A DNA stretch of 64,000 nt, taken from contig MFCA01000025.1 of NCBI GenBank assembly GCA_001775095.1, forward strand, positions 181,232-245,231, written 5' to 3'. The stretch is from Candidatus Curtissbacteria bacterium RIFOXYA1_FULL_41_14. GTDB taxonomy: Bacteria > Patescibacteriota > Microgenomatia > Curtissbacterales > GWA2-41-24. Shown piece by piece: positions 30,112-40,253 of the stretch (positions are counted from its first letter, which is position 1; the number at the start of each line of letters is the position of its first letter). The notes below the pieces were generated by a model. That model did not search any database. It was not told where the DNA came from and saw only the letters and a list, made by a program, of their open reading frames with translations. The position numbers and the translations under genes were made by a program.

Positions 30112-31254
30112 TCACTTCTCTTCAAGTTTAAAGATCTCTCCTTGAATGTATTCTGCCAAATCGGTCCAATTGTTATTTTTGGGCACAAGCACAAACTGGC
30201 CATTATGAGCCTGCGAATCGCCAACTTCCAATACACTTTCATCTCTACCGACATCAAGTACAATTCTTCGAATTGTTGAAGGGTCTATTTTTGCTTCAAG
30301 TTTTAGAAAATAAGGCACATCTTCGTCTGTTATATCGGTGTCAATCGACTGTCCAAAGGTTTTAGCAAGATCAATAATGGTCTTGGGATTTAAGAGAGTC
30401 TGGGTCGATAAGGCCTTTTGGCGAAAGGCTAAGATTACCTTTTGTTGGCGGGCGCTTCTTGCGAAATCCGATCCTTGACCGTTTGTTCCATATCGACTTC
30501 TGACAAATTTTAGGGCCTTTGTTCCGTCCATATGGGTTAAGCCAGTATTAAATGATATCGTTTCATATCGACAGGTAAAGGGATTATTCTGGTCAGTTAT
30601 ATCTTCTAGAGGAATAGCCGAACCGGTAGCATCTTTAACAATTTCCCGAGATATACCGTCAACTTCTTCTGTTTCAATAGTAAGTCCGCAGAGATCGTCC
30701 TGCCTGCCGGCAATTGGATATCGGGAGTCGACAAAAGTATTTTCGACTTCAACATCAAGACCATTTACTAGATCTATAGCTTTAATAAACCCGTCAAAAT
30801 CTATTCGAAAGGCATAATGGATTGGCAGACCAAACAGTTCTACGGATGCCTTTTTTACCTGAGAGAGTCCACTTTCGTCTTTTTCCTGTCCGTAGGCATA
30901 GACTGCGTTGATTTTGGCAGAAACACCCGGCGCCCAAAGATCCCTGGGAATTGATACTAAAACAACGTCTTTTCCTTCTTTATCTACCGATGCCAAAATC
31001 ATTGTGTCAGAAAGATCAGGTCCTTCATGACCTTGTCCGCCAATACCCAGAAGTAGAATATTTGTTCTCCCGTTGTCGCTTTTAAGACCGGTGTCGGTAA
31101 TCAGCTGGACAACGGTTTTTGGACCTTTAAAGATAATCTTATCAAGGCCAGTTATTTTTATTGCTGCAAATGTGAGTGCGGTAAGTAAGATTGTGAAAGT
31201 TAATATTTTAAAAATATTTGGTGACTTTTTACGATCCGTTCCCAGCTGACGCAT
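30112..31254 (-). CDS. LytR-CpsA-Psr (LCP) family protein
   Basis: TNILLLG, LSDTMIL, VSIPRDLW, KINAVYAYG, ALKFVRSR, SDFARSARQQKVI. Confidence 0.93.
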   Translation of the reverse strand: MRQLGTDRKKSPNIFKILTFTILLTALTFAAIKITGLDKIIFKGPKTVVQLITDTGLKSDNGRTNILLLGIGGQGHEGPDLSDTMILASVDKEGKDVVLVSIPRDLWAPGVSAKINAVYAYGQEKDESGLSQVKKASVELFGLPIHYAFRIDFDGFIKAIDLVNGLDVEVENTFVDSRYPIAGRQDDLCGLTIETEEVDGISREIVKDATGSAIPLEDITDQNNPFTCRYETISFNTGLTHMDGTKALKFVRSRYGTNGQGSDFARSARQQKVILAFRQKALSTQTLLNPKTIIDLAKTFGQSIDTDITDEDVPYFLKLEAKIDPSTIRRIVLDVGRDESVLEVGDSQAHNGQFVLVPKNNNWTDLAEYIQGEIFKLEEK

Positions 31255-31258
31255 TATA

Positions 31259-31975
31259 TTATTGAATTATCGAGTTTTGAATTACTTGAATAAATATTTG
31301 AGGATCAACACTTGCCTGACCAATAAGCCCGCCATCCAAATTATCTTGAGTGAAGAATTCTTTCACATTTTCCGGATTAATGCTTCCTCCATAAATAATC
31401 GACACTTTCTGGCCAATTTTTTGTTTGATCTCTAGAGCTTTTTCATTAGCATTTTTCGGTCTTTCAGGTTTATATTCTCTGCCGCTACTGATAGCGGTTG
31501 GTGGTTCATAAACAAAGATAATTCTTTCTGAATTTTCGGTTATTTGGCTGCTTTCTGTAAGATATAAATCAAGTTGCTTCAGGTCGCTAACACAGAGAAT
31601 TGGGGTAATATTATTTACGAGTAAAGTCTTAACTTTTTTAATTGCATCATCAGCAGTCTCATTAAAATATTTTCTTCTTTCTGAATGACCAACAATTGAA
31701 TATTGTATAATATCCGCTATTTGTGATGCGGCGACTTCTCCGGTGTAAGCTCCTTGCTCAAATTTGGAAATGTCCTGACCTGCTAATTTTAATTTCCAAC
31801 CGGCTGTTTTGATCTTTTCAGCGCAAGAAGCAAGAAAGGTAAATGTTGGACAAACAATAATAGTTCCAGAAAAAGAATTTGAACGAGGTCCGACCTCCTC
31901 AAGCCAGATTGACATTTGATCCCAAGTCTTATTTGCCTTGAGATTGGCAATAACTATTGGTGTTGGATTATTCAT
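31259..31975 (-). CDS. tpiA: Triosephosphate isomerase (divergent)
   Basis: ANLKAN, GAYTGEV, GHSERR, VYEPPTAI, YGGSINPEN, DGGLIGQAS. Confidence 0.9.
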   Translation of the reverse strand: MNNPTPIVIANLKANKTWDQMSIWLEEVGPRSNSFSGTIIVCPTFTFLASCAEKIKTAGWKLKLAGQDISKFEQGAYTGEVAASQIADIIQYSIVGHSERRKYFNETADDAIKKVKTLLVNNITPILCVSDLKQLDLYLTESSQITENSERIIFVYEPPTAISSGREYKPERPKNANEKALEIKQKIGQKVSIIYGGSINPENVKEFFTQDNLDGGLIGQASVDPQIFIQVIQNSIIQ

Positions 31976-32231
31976 ATTTGGAGATTACCTTAATAAAGTT
32001 GTCTTTTTGGGTTGCGCCGATAATCCGATCTACTTCTTTATCTCCTTTTAGGAAAATGTAAGTCGGAATAGACATAACATTGTATTTGGCAGCCATTTCT
32101 TGATTTTCGTCAACATTGATTTTTTCAAAATCAACCTTGCCTTTGAACTCTTTTTCAACCTCATCCACAATCGGCTCCATGAATTTACAAGGGCCACACC
32201 ACTCGGCCCAGAAATCTATAATCTTTAGCAT
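31968..32231 (-). CDS. trxA: Thioredoxin
   Basis: DFWAEWCGPCK, VMSIPT; start taken at ATG32231. Confidence 0.95.
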   Translation of the reverse strand: MLKIIDFWAEWCGPCKFMEPIVDEVEKEFKGKVDFEKINVDENQEMAAKYNVMSIPTYIFLKGDKEVDRIIGATQKDNFIKVISKYE

Positions 32232-32253
32232 ACTTTTGATATTATATATCAAC

Positions 32254-32383
32254 AAACTCGAAATTCGAATATCGAAATTCTAAACAATATTTAAATTCAA
32301 ATGATCTAATGACCAAATTTTGAAGCACTCGTATTTCTGAAATTAGAATTTGTTTCGGATTTCGGATTTATGATTTCGAATTT
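32254..32383. repeat. Heptamer-built inverted-repeat element
   Basis: aaactcgaaattcgaatatcgaaattctaaacaatat ... ttagaatttgtttcggatttcggatttatgatttcgaattt; same family as 27668-27806. Confidence 0.75.
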
Positions 32384-32391
32384 ATTGTAAG

Positions 32392-34251
32392 ATGAATCTC
32401 CTTAAGGATTTAGATCCCGCCCAAGTTGAAGCTGTCAAACAAACAGAAGGACCGGTTTTGATTTTGGCTGGGGCGGGCAGTGGAAAAACACGAGTTTTGA
32501 CATATAAAGTCGCCTATTTAATTTCGCAAGGAGTGAGACCAGAAAATATTCTGGCGGTGACCTTCACAAATAAAGCGGCTAATGAGATGAAGGGGAGAGT
32601 CATAAAGTTATTAGTTCATGGTTCACAGTTCACAGACAGAACCCCCACACCTTATGTCGGTACTTTTCATTCCTTTTGCGCAAAGCTGTTGCGAGTCGAA
32701 GGCAAATATATCGGGATCCCTTCCGGTTATCTAATTTATGATGATGATGACAGTTTAAATTTGGTAAAAAATATCATGAATGAAGAAAGCATCTCGTCTA
32801 AAAATTTTCGGCCGAGTTCGATCTTGGCAGCAATTTCATCGGCAAAAAATGAGTTGGTCTCGTCTTCTGATTATGCCCAATTTGCTCACGGTTATTTTGC
32901 GCAAACCGTGGCGACTGTTTACAAGATTTACCAAAAAGAGCTTGTAAAAATTTACGCCTGTGACTTTGACGATCTATTGGTTAAAAGCGTCGAGGTATTC
33001 AGAAGTAATCCGACGATACTTGATAAATGGGCGAAAAGATTCAGTTATGTTCTGGTCGATGAATACCAGGATGTTAATACTGCCCAGTACATTTTGACAA
33101 AACAGCTTGCCAGCGCGCGTGGCAACTTAACTGTTGTCGGGGATGCCTCGCAGGCGATTTATTCTTTTAGGGGAGCCGATTTTCGCAATATCCTGAATTT
33201 TGAGAGGGATTTTCCCAATTCTAAAATATTTAATCTTGAGCAAAACTACCGATCAACACAAATGATTCTTGACGCAGCCAATGCTGTGATTATCCACAAC
33301 AGTTCACATCCGGTTTTAAAACTTTGGACCAAAAATCCGACCGGCGAAAAAATTGCTCTTTTTAATGCCTCAAGTGAAATTGATGAAGCGAATTTTATCG
33401 TCGAGAGGCTTCTCGATGACATAACAAAGAGACACTACCGGAGTGTGCCCCGAAGTAGCAAAGCGCACTCCGGAAGTGAAAACGGGCCGAGATTCTCTGA
33501 TTTTGCTGTTCTTTATAGAACTAATGCCCAGTCAAGAACTGTCGAGGAAGCATTTTTGCATTCCAATATTCCCTATCGGCTTTACGGGGGCGTGCGTTTT
33601 TACGGGCGCAAGGAAGTTAAAGACGTATTGGCTTATCTGCGCCTAATCGCCAACTCCAAGGACAAAATCGCCAAGGACAGAGTCGAAAAATTAGGCAAAA
33701 AACGCTTTGAAAAATTCCAAGAATTGAAAAAGGATCCGCACCTCGAAAAATTCTCACCGATAGAGCTTATTGATAAGGTACTTGAGACAACCGATTATTT
33801 AGCACTTATTGATGACGGTTCTGAGCAGGGCTTAGCACGGGTTGAAAACGTCAAAGAATTAAAATCTGTGGCTGCTGATTTTGAAAATCTTAGCAGCTTT
33901 TTAGAAAATGTGGCTTTGATGGAAGGAATGGTTACACCGGAAAAATCGTACGAGAATAAGGAGGAATCAGACGTAGTAACACTTATGACTATTCATTCTG
34001 CCAAAGGTTTGGAGTTTGACAATGTTTTTATTATAGGTATGGAAGAAGGTTTATTTCCGCATTCGCGAAGTATGCTGGATCCGTCTCAGATTGAGGAGGA
34101 AAGAAGACTTGCCTACGTTGGAATGACGCGGGCTAAAAAGAAACTTTATCTGACTTATGCGACTAACAGATTATACTTCGGAACCCACAGCGCCAATTTA
34201 GTTTCGCGGTTTGTGGTGGATATACCGGAAGAATTAATTACGGCAATTTAG
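32392..34251 (+). CDS. pcrA: UvrD/PcrA DNA helicase (short form) with in-frame insertions
   Basis: AGAGSGKT, VDEYQD, QNYRS, LYRTNAQSR, TIHSAKGLEF, EEERRLAYVGMTRA. Confidence 0.92.
   Translation: MNLLKDLDPAQVEAVKQTEGPVLILAGAGSGKTRVLTYKVAYLISQGVRPENILAVTFTNKAANEMKGRVIKLLVHGSQFTDRTPTPYVGTFHSFCAKLLRVEGKYIGIPSGYLIYDDDDSLNLVKNIMNEESISSKNFRPSSILAAISSAKNELVSSSDYAQFAHGYFAQTVATVYKIYQKELVKIYACDFDDLLVKSVEVFRSNPTILDKWAKRFSYVLVDEYQDVNTAQYILTKQLASARGNLTVVGDASQAIYSFRGADFRNILNFERDFPNSKIFNLEQNYRSTQMILDAANAVIIHNSSHPVLKLWTKNPTGEKIALFNASSEIDEANFIVERLLDDITKRHYRSVPRSSKAHSGSENGPRFSDFAVLYRTNAQSRTVEEAFLHSNIPYRLYGGVRFYGRKEVKDVLAYLRLIANSKDKIAKDRVEKLGKKRFEKFQELKKDPHLEKFSPIELIDKVLETTDYLALIDDGSEQGLARVENVKELKSVAADFENLSSFLENVALMEGMVTPEKSYENKEESDVVTLMTIHSAKGLEFDNVFIIGMEEGLFPHSRSMLDPSQIEEERRLAYVGMTRAKKKLYLTYATNRLYFGTHSANLVSRFVVDIPEELITAI
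33433..33478. repeat. Twin-palindrome element inside pcrA
   Basis: CACTACCGGAGTG-N20-CACTCCGGAAGTG; the spacer's reverse complement matches the metG copy spacer at 14/20. Confidence 0.8.
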
Positions 34252-34338
34252 ATTTTGTTCTTCGACAGTAATGGAACTTATACATGGAGTAATTCTGACT
34301 AAAAATTACTACTGGAATAATATATACTATCTATAAAG

Positions 34339-34743
34339 ATGTCTCTATTTAAAGCAATCCATATCTTATTCACGTTGGCCCTTACTTTTTTTGGAATCAT
34401 TTTTGGCGGAATTTTTTTGTTTGGCGGCGGTTTTCCGTCATCCATACCAAAAAGTACAATCGAGTCATATTTTATTGGTCTAAGTTTTTTTGGATTAGTA
34501 TTCTTTTCAATCATGTTTCTGATCAATTTATCCAATTCTCTAAAAAATCTGGAATTACTCTCAAAGTATGGACTATTAGCAACCTCAGTGCTAAGTATTA
34601 TCGGATTAAGCATTTTTGGGAACAGTGAATGGGGACTAGTCTGTTGCCCTCGGGGATATACTGGAGGTTTCTACACAATTTTTTTCTTTTTACTGATCCT
34701 ACATTTTTTAAATTCTACTATCTTAGTTCTAATTAAAAAATAA
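34339..34743 (+). CDS. Hypothetical 4-TM membrane protein
   Basis: Hydrophobic 134 aa ORF, AT-rich. Confidence 0.6.
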   Translation: MSLFKAIHILFTLALTFFGIIFGGIFLFGGGFPSSIPKSTIESYFIGLSFFGLVFFSIMFLINLSNSLKNLELLSKYGLLATSVLSIIGLSIFGNSEWGLVCCPRGYTGGFYTIFFFLLILHFLNSTILVLIKK

Positions 34744-34803
34744 AGCCTTTCCTCTTAATTTCAGTCTAGCAGATTTTGAGGTAGTTGATTGAGCGAGGTA
34801 GTG

Positions 34804-35229
34804 TTAGCGATAATCTTTTAAAGAGATCACTTTAATGTCTTTAATTTTCGCCTGGTGCTTTGGATTATCAGTAACCAAAACTGCATTTAACAATTTTGCC
34901 AAAGAAACAAAACACGCGTCGTAATAGGTAATTTTTGATTTTTCGCCAATTTTGTAAGTTTCTTCTGCCTGAACTGCACTTTCTGAAACAAATTTTACCG
35001 GCAAAGAATATAACGTGGCTAAACTTGTTTTGGCATCTTGGATTGTATAGTGCTTTCCAGTAAGTAAAGCGTTTCCGACTTCATATTTTGCAAGCTCTGG
35101 AGTAAATATTTCTATATTGCCTTTTTCTGCATCATTTATAATGGCATTTGCCTTGTCCAGACGCAGTTCGTCTTGGCTAGATAACCATTTAATGATAACT
35201 GAAGAATCGCAAATTACTTTTCCTTTCAA
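34804..35229 (-). CDS. PIN-domain toxin (VapC-like)
   Basis: VICDSSVIIKW, YEVGNAL, ITYYDACFVSLA, LVTDN. Confidence 0.9.
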   Translation of the reverse strand: MKGKVICDSSVIIKWLSSQDELRLDKANAIINDAEKGNIEIFTPELAKYEVGNALLTGKHYTIQDAKTSLATLYSLPVKFVSESAVQAEETYKIGEKSKITYYDACFVSLAKLLNAVLVTDNPKHQAKIKDIKVISLKDYR

Positions 35230-35603
35230 TGTCTTTGTCTATCTTCTGCAATAAATGCTGATAGATTACCTCTTTTTCCTTTAAGAGAGCGTGATTTTTC
35301 TATCATACGCCACAAATTACGCCAATAAATTGCGTTTAAATGGGAAAGTGATTTGGCTTTAACAGTTTTGCCCCCTCTGTATTCCTTCATACTTTGATTA
35401 GTTGATCTTAGTGCATCTTCGATTTCAAATTCTTCTAATTTCTTATTCATTTTTTCAAGGGTTCGGACATCAACGATGGCAATATCAGGCTTGTTGTTCT
35501 TTAAGACTACAATAGGTTGTTTGGTTTTTTTGACTTCTTCAAAGACATGTTTGTAGTTTCGTTGGATCTCGCGTATGGTGGTAGTTTTAGGGAAAGTAAA
35601 CAT
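35226..35603 (-). CDS. Phd/YefM-family antitoxin
   Basis: TTIREIQRN, PIVVLKNNKPDIAIV; overlaps the PIN gene by 4 nt. Confidence 0.85.
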   Translation of the reverse strand: MFTFPKTTTIREIQRNYKHVFEEVKKTKQPIVVLKNNKPDIAIVDVRTLEKMNKKLEEFEIEDALRSTNQSMKEYRGGKTVKAKSLSHLNAIYWRNLWRMIEKSRSLKGKRGNLSAFIAEDRQRH

Positions 35604-35677
35604 AGTATTGTCATACTATCATATGTAAAATTTACTGTCAATATACAGATGATAATTTATGCTATTATTGAACCGAG

Positions 35678-36118
35678 ATGGCGGGACTTTTGGTTGGCTT
35701 AATTATTGTTGTCATAATGTTTGGTGCTGGTTTTTCAGTTTATTCAAAATTTTTATCAAACCAAAACATAATTTCATCCAGTCCGTCCCCAATTCAGGAA
35801 GTAAATATTTCAAGTGGTATTGCTGGAAAGATTTTACTTGGTCCTCAATGTCCGGCCGTACAAATAAATCATGAGGATCAGAATTGTGAACCTCGGCCGT
35901 ATCAAACAACGATTGTTGTTAAGACAATTGACGGAAGAAAAGTCACCGAGTTTAGTTCAAACATCAACGGCGAATTTAGGATAAACCTAGCGCCAGGAAG
36001 TTATCGGCTTGAGACCGCTGATCAATCGGAACTTCCTTATCTAACTCCAACTCCGGTTGATGTCGAAGTAAATAAATTTAAAGAAGTAACTCTGCGTTTC
36101 GATACAGGAATCAGATAA
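35678..36118 (+). CDS. Membrane-anchored protein with transthyretin/carboxypeptidase-regulatory-like domain
   Basis: N-terminal TM, GPQCP..C, GEFRINLAPGSYRL, FDTGIR. Confidence 0.7.
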   Translation: MAGLLVGLIIVVIMFGAGFSVYSKFLSNQNIISSSPSPIQEVNISSGIAGKILLGPQCPAVQINHEDQNCEPRPYQTTIVVKTIDGRKVTEFSSNINGEFRINLAPGSYRLETADQSELPYLTPTPVDVEVNKFKEVTLRFDTGIR

Positions 36119-36122
36119 TTCT

Positions 36123-36791
36123 ATGAGGGAAAACCAAATTATCAAGCTGTTAAGATACGTTTTGGTTTTAGGATTTTTATTTATTCTAATTTTGCCCGGA
36201 TACGTCTATTTTCAACATAGGGGTTGGTTTTCTTTTTTGGCAGGAGCTGATTTTAAAACCGCTGCCAGGTTACTTTTTCCTCTTTTCGGTCTCTACGCGT
36301 TTACCTTACTTTGGTCACAACTAATTCTAGGTCCGAATGCCATTTTATTTAGAAAAGTCCAGCCGAAAATTACTATATTTCATCATCGCCAGGGAATTTT
36401 TATCTTTCTTTTGGCAGTTTTTCATCCTACACTAATTTTGATTGCATTTGGATTTTCTCAATATCTAGGCTATAAATTTTTGCCGCAACCGCTTGCTTTG
36501 TATGCATTCTTGGGGACATTAGCCTTGGGTCTTTTGACCTTAACTGTAATCACTGCAATCCTTTCCCGGCTTTCTTTCTTAAGTTACAAATGGCGGATTT
36601 TCCATTTTCTCAACTATGTTGTCTTTGCCTTGGCTTGGATTCATTCCTGGAATTTAGGATCGGATATCAAAAGTACAAATCTTAAATATCTCTGGATATT
36701 TTTCGGGGGGACAGCTTTAATTTCTGCTTTTTTGAGATTCAGACGGACAGGAATTAAAATCGTCTTTTCAAGCCTACGAGGCCAAAAGTAG
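36123..36791 (+). CDS. Ferric reductase-like transmembrane domain protein (MsrQ-like)
   Basis: Six TMs with four His in the typical positions (FHHRQG, FHP, WRIFHFLNY, WIHSW). Confidence 0.8.
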   Translation: MRENQIIKLLRYVLVLGFLFILILPGYVYFQHRGWFSFLAGADFKTAARLLFPLFGLYAFTLLWSQLILGPNAILFRKVQPKITIFHHRQGIFIFLLAVFHPTLILIAFGFSQYLGYKFLPQPLALYAFLGTLALGLLTLTVITAILSRLSFLSYKWRIFHFLNYVVFALAWIHSWNLGSDIKSTNLKYLWIFFGGTALISAFLRFRRTGIKIVFSSLRGQK

Positions 36792-37263
36792 TCAAGGAGA
36801 TTCCAAAAACCAAGATTGCCACTGTCGGTAAGATTGATCCTGCCGGAGCGAGACCACCTGCACCTGAGGTGGCAATACTTTCGGGTAGTTGGCCGATGGT
36901 TAGAGTGAATGAGGCGGATTGACTGCCGGATGTAATTGAGACAGTGTTATCACCTGTTAAATCAGCCGCAGGGGTCCAAGACCAGTTACTGGAAGCGTCA
37001 GCAGTTGCCGAAACTGACTGGTTTCCTACTGTGCCGGTAACTGCTGCGCCCGCAGTTGTAATACCTGAGAAAGTCGGCCTTGATGATGTTACCCAAAACT
37101 GAGTTGCTCCCTGAATAAAAGTAGCACCGCCGATTGAGGAAATAAGGCCGGAACCAGCCAAAACAGTGATAAGTGATAAGTGTAAAGTGATAAGTGTAAG
37201 GGAAAAAACTGTTATAGCACTAAGCATTAATCGTTTAGCGTTCAGCGTTAAACGGGCAGCCAT
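36754..37263 (-). CDS. Secreted Ig-like protein with sortase-type C-terminal signal (LAPAG)
   Basis: Signal peptide, RPTFSG...ADASSNWSWTP Ig-like segment, LAPAG + TM + KRRF. Confidence 0.7.
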   Translation of the reverse strand: MAARLTLNAKRLMLSAITVFSLTLITLHLSLITVLAGSGLISSIGGATFIQGATQFWVTSSRPTFSGITTAGAAVTGTVGNQSVSATADASSNWSWTPAADLTGDNTVSITSGSQSASFTLTIGQLPESIATSGAGGLAPAGSILPTVAILVFGISLTTFGLVGLKRRF

Positions 37264-37345
37264 AATTTTACGATAGCAGCTTGGTGTAAAAAATGCAAAA
37301 AAAATTGGCTGATTGGACTTTCAGATGGTAGGATAGTTAAGAGAA

Positions 37346-38356
37346 ATGATTGTTCGCGAAGTTAGAGAGGAAGAAAAGACTGCATATAATAAAGCCGTTA
37401 GTCACGTCATTCAATCCTGGGAATGGGGAGAATTTCGCAGAAAAATGGGGCTTGATCTGGTTAGACTTGGACACTTCGAAAGCAATAACTTGTCTTGTGC
37501 TTACCAATTAACTTTTCATCCAGTACCATTTTTTAAATATTCAATCGGCTATTTGCCGAAAGGACCGATGCCGGATGAAAAAATGGTTGAGGCTTTAAAA
37601 ACACTCGGGCAAAAGAAAAATGTCGCCTTTATTAAAATTGAACCCAACGTAATCAGTGATAAGTCAAAAGTGATAAGTGATAAGTTTAGAAATTTAGGAC
37701 TTGTTCAGTCTAAAAAATCACTGTTTACCAAATATAACTTTCTTATTGATCTAACAAAAACGGAAGAACAGCTTTTAGCGGCTATGCATCCGAAAACCCG
37801 TTATAACATCGGGATTGCTCAGAAAAAGGGAGTCGAGGTCTACGAAAGCACTAAAGAAGAAGATTTTGAGATTTATTTAAAACTTTATTTTGAAACCACC
37901 AAACGGCAAAAATATTTTGGCCACACTTCCTCTTATCATAAACTTGTTTGGCAAACGTTAGCCCCCGTCAAAATGGCGCGCTTGCTCATTGCAAAATACC
38001 AGGGAGAACCGCTTGTTGCTTGGATGCTTTTGAATTTCGCCAGTACACTTTATTACCCTTATGGCGGATCATCGAAAGAATATAAGGATGTGATGGCTTC
38101 AAATCTTATTGCTTGGGAAGCAATTCGCCTGGGTAAAAAAATGGGGCTTAAGGTTTTTGACATGTGGGGAGCGCTGGCACCTGATGCTAAAGAGTCTAAT
38201 CCCTGGTACGGATTTCACCGTTTTAAAGCCGGTTATGGTCCGGCGCATGTTGAATATGTCGGAACGTATGACCTTATTTTAAAACCTGCTCTTTACAATA
38301 CTTTAAATATCGCTGATAAGCTCAGATGGATTTATCTTAGGACAAGGCACAGGTAA
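37346..38356 (+). CDS. FemABX-family peptidoglycan bridge transferase
   Basis: HVIQSWEWGEFR, YLPKGP, KTRYNIGIAQKKGV, YYPYGGS, FDMWG, GFHRFKAGYG. Confidence 0.92.
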   Translation: MIVREVREEEKTAYNKAVSHVIQSWEWGEFRRKMGLDLVRLGHFESNNLSCAYQLTFHPVPFFKYSIGYLPKGPMPDEKMVEALKTLGQKKNVAFIKIEPNVISDKSKVISDKFRNLGLVQSKKSLFTKYNFLIDLTKTEEQLLAAMHPKTRYNIGIAQKKGVEVYESTKEEDFEIYLKLYFETTKRQKYFGHTSSYHKLVWQTLAPVKMARLLIAKYQGEPLVAWMLLNFASTLYYPYGGSSKEYKDVMASNLIAWEAIRLGKKMGLKVFDMWGALAPDAKESNPWYGFHRFKAGYGPAHVEYVGTYDLILKPALYNTLNIADKLRWIYLRTRHR

Positions 38357-38663
38357 CTTGAGCTAGTTTACCCATAGTTGTTTTAATCTCTTGTGGTGTT
38401 TATCGAAAATTTAGTATAATTAATTATCTTCGTTTTTAAGAATTCCTCTTAAAAATACCCGTTTCTAATAAAAACCTCTCAAAATTATCTTTTTTGATCA
38501 TTTTCTTGCAAAAAAACTTTAATATTTAATAAAAAACTGCCAATTGGGGGAATTTTTTAGTATTGAGTGGTCAAATTTTTGTATTTTTTGTGCTTAAACA
38601 AGCAGAATAATTTCTGGCATTAAATAAAATTCATTAGAAGTTTTTATTAATTTTTAAGATTGC

Positions 38664-39476
38664 CTATAGTGGGTTTTGGTCGGACTCTAATTTGCTTGGT
38701 TTATATTGATAAACCAAAAAAGCTTGACTAAATGAGTTCCATTCGGGTGTGACTTCAATAATTCCTCTGTATGCTACGGGTAGAAATAATCTTTTTCTTG
38801 TTTTAGTGAAGCCGAGATCCCAAGAATCTAATTCCTGAAAGAGCTTTCTTTTAAACCTAAATCCATACTCTCTTTGTAAAAATTCTCTGATTAGCCTGGA
38901 ATCTTCATTACTGGCCCTTAAAGGAAAATTATTCATCAAAGCAACACCACCCAATCTTAAAACTCTATGAATCCCTTTAAGCATCGCCATTGGATCGGCA
39001 AGATATTGTGCAGCATGAACTGCTGTGATTATATCGAAAGATTCCGGCCTTAAATATCTCGCTAAAGATTGGGCGTCAGCGATTTTAATCTCAATTCCGT
39101 TCTCATGGATAGCAGAAGGTACTGTGTGATCTGGAGATTCTGGAGGGCAATGATACGGATAAGCTGAGACACCAGTACATTTAATCCGATCGCTCCATTT
39201 TTCTCCACATTCAATCAGGGAGCGGCCTGCACCACAACCAACATCCAGCAAACTGACAAATCCATTTACTGCAATCTTTTCATCCGTAAGCACTATAAAA
39301 TCTTCTCCATTAAAAGACAGTAGATCAGCGTAACCGTTAACATCTTCTCCATCAGCTTTTCTATGCATTAATAACCCTCTTTCAACTTCATACGAAAGCT
39401 CTCTCTGCTGAAACTCAAAGCTATCTCTTCGCACCGACAATATATTAGAAATATTTGGGGCCATTTCTTTAAACAT
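38664..39476 (-). CDS. Class I SAM-dependent methyltransferase
   Basis: LLDVGCGAG, SFDII, HRVLRLGG. Confidence 0.8.
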   Translation of the reverse strand: MFKEMAPNISNILSVRRDSFEFQQRELSYEVERGLLMHRKADGEDVNGYADLLSFNGEDFIVLTDEKIAVNGFVSLLDVGCGAGRSLIECGEKWSDRIKCTGVSAYPYHCPPESPDHTVPSAIHENGIEIKIADAQSLARYLRPESFDIITAVHAAQYLADPMAMLKGIHRVLRLGGVALMNNFPLRASNEDSRLIREFLQREYGFRFKRKLFQELDSWDLGFTKTRKRLFLPVAYRGIIEVTPEWNSFSQAFLVYQYKPSKLESDQNPL

Positions 39477-39531
39477 AGTTGGGGAATTCTAACTGAGCTT
39501 TGACTCAAAATCAAATTCAGAGTTGTTATAC

Positions 39532-40122
39532 TTAGGAAATTCTGTAGAGGAAAATTTCGTTTTCTGATTTTAAAGGCTTTTTTTTAGGGAATGCATTAGT
39601 ATTGACCACAATTCGCGCTCCCCTTTTGGCGTTTTGAAAGACGAAATCTTCGAATTTCTGCATGGTTTTTTTGCGGCCGTAGACAAAAATGACATCAGCA
39701 ATTTTAAGATTAGCTTTCCAGAGATTCTGGCGTTTTACGATGACACTCCCTGTCATTCTGGCTTGTCCAGAATCGATTCTGGAGTCGCTTCGCTCCCCAG
39801 AATGACAAGAAGGAAATAGAAAGTAAGCTTTAACTTTGGTAAAGACAATTAAAAATGGATTGATTTCGTAGCCAACAGCGTGGACGCCAGACTTGGCTGC
39901 TGCAAATAAAAGCCGGCCGTCTCCGGAACCAAGATCAACAACAGTCTCGCCCTTTTTAATATTGGCAAGTCTAATAATCGTTCCTATCTTTTCCTTCTTT
40001 GTAGCAACGTAGGGAAGATCTAAGAACAAATCAATGGCAAATAAAAAGAAGGTAATAATGACAAAAAGAAGTAAAAAGATGATGAGTAATAAGAGAACCG
40101 AGATAATGATTATCATAAACAA
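39532..40122 (-). CDS. Membrane-anchored SAM methyltransferase with 19-codon palindrome insertion
   Basis: N-terminal TM, LPYVAT, VDLGSGDGRL, GYEINP; insert encodes CHSGERSDSRIDSGQARMT. Confidence 0.85.
   Translation of the reverse strand: MFMIIIISVLLLLIIFLLLFVIITFFLFAIDLFLDLPYVATKKEKIGTIIRLANIKKGETVVDLGSGDGRLLFAAAKSGVHAVGYEINPFLIVFTKVKAYFLFPSCHSGERSDSRIDSGQARMTGSVIVKRQNLWKANLKIADVIFVYGRKKTMQKFEDFVFQNAKRGARIVVNTNAFPKKKPLKSENEIFLYRIS
39751..39807. repeat. 57-bp TGTCATT...AATGACA palindromic element (type A, in-frame)
   Basis: 11-bp terminal IR TGTCATTCTGG/CCAGAATGACA with two sub-hairpins; relatives at 49892, 53017, 53854 and 63449. Confidence 0.85.
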
Positions 40123-40150
40123 TATCCTATCATCAAATTGACCTAATTGA

Positions 40151-40223
40151 TCTAATATCAGCTAAACTTCATTAGATTTTTAATATTAATTACAATAAAT
40201 AATTGAAGTTTAGCTGATATTAG
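40151..40223. mobile_element. MITE-like element with ~21-bp terminal inverted repeats, copy 1
   Basis: TCTAATATCAGCTAAACTTCA...TGAAGTTTAGCTGATATTAGA; near-identical copy with inverted interior at 57197-57262. Confidence 0.7.
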
Positions 40224-40253
40224 AAATTAGAGTAATTAGAAATTTATGACAGA

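Noticed and set aside
38357-38663. AT-rich 300-bp gap as oriC or ncRNA
   Set aside because: No DnaA-box cluster, convincing ORF or stable structure recognised; it lies between convergent genes
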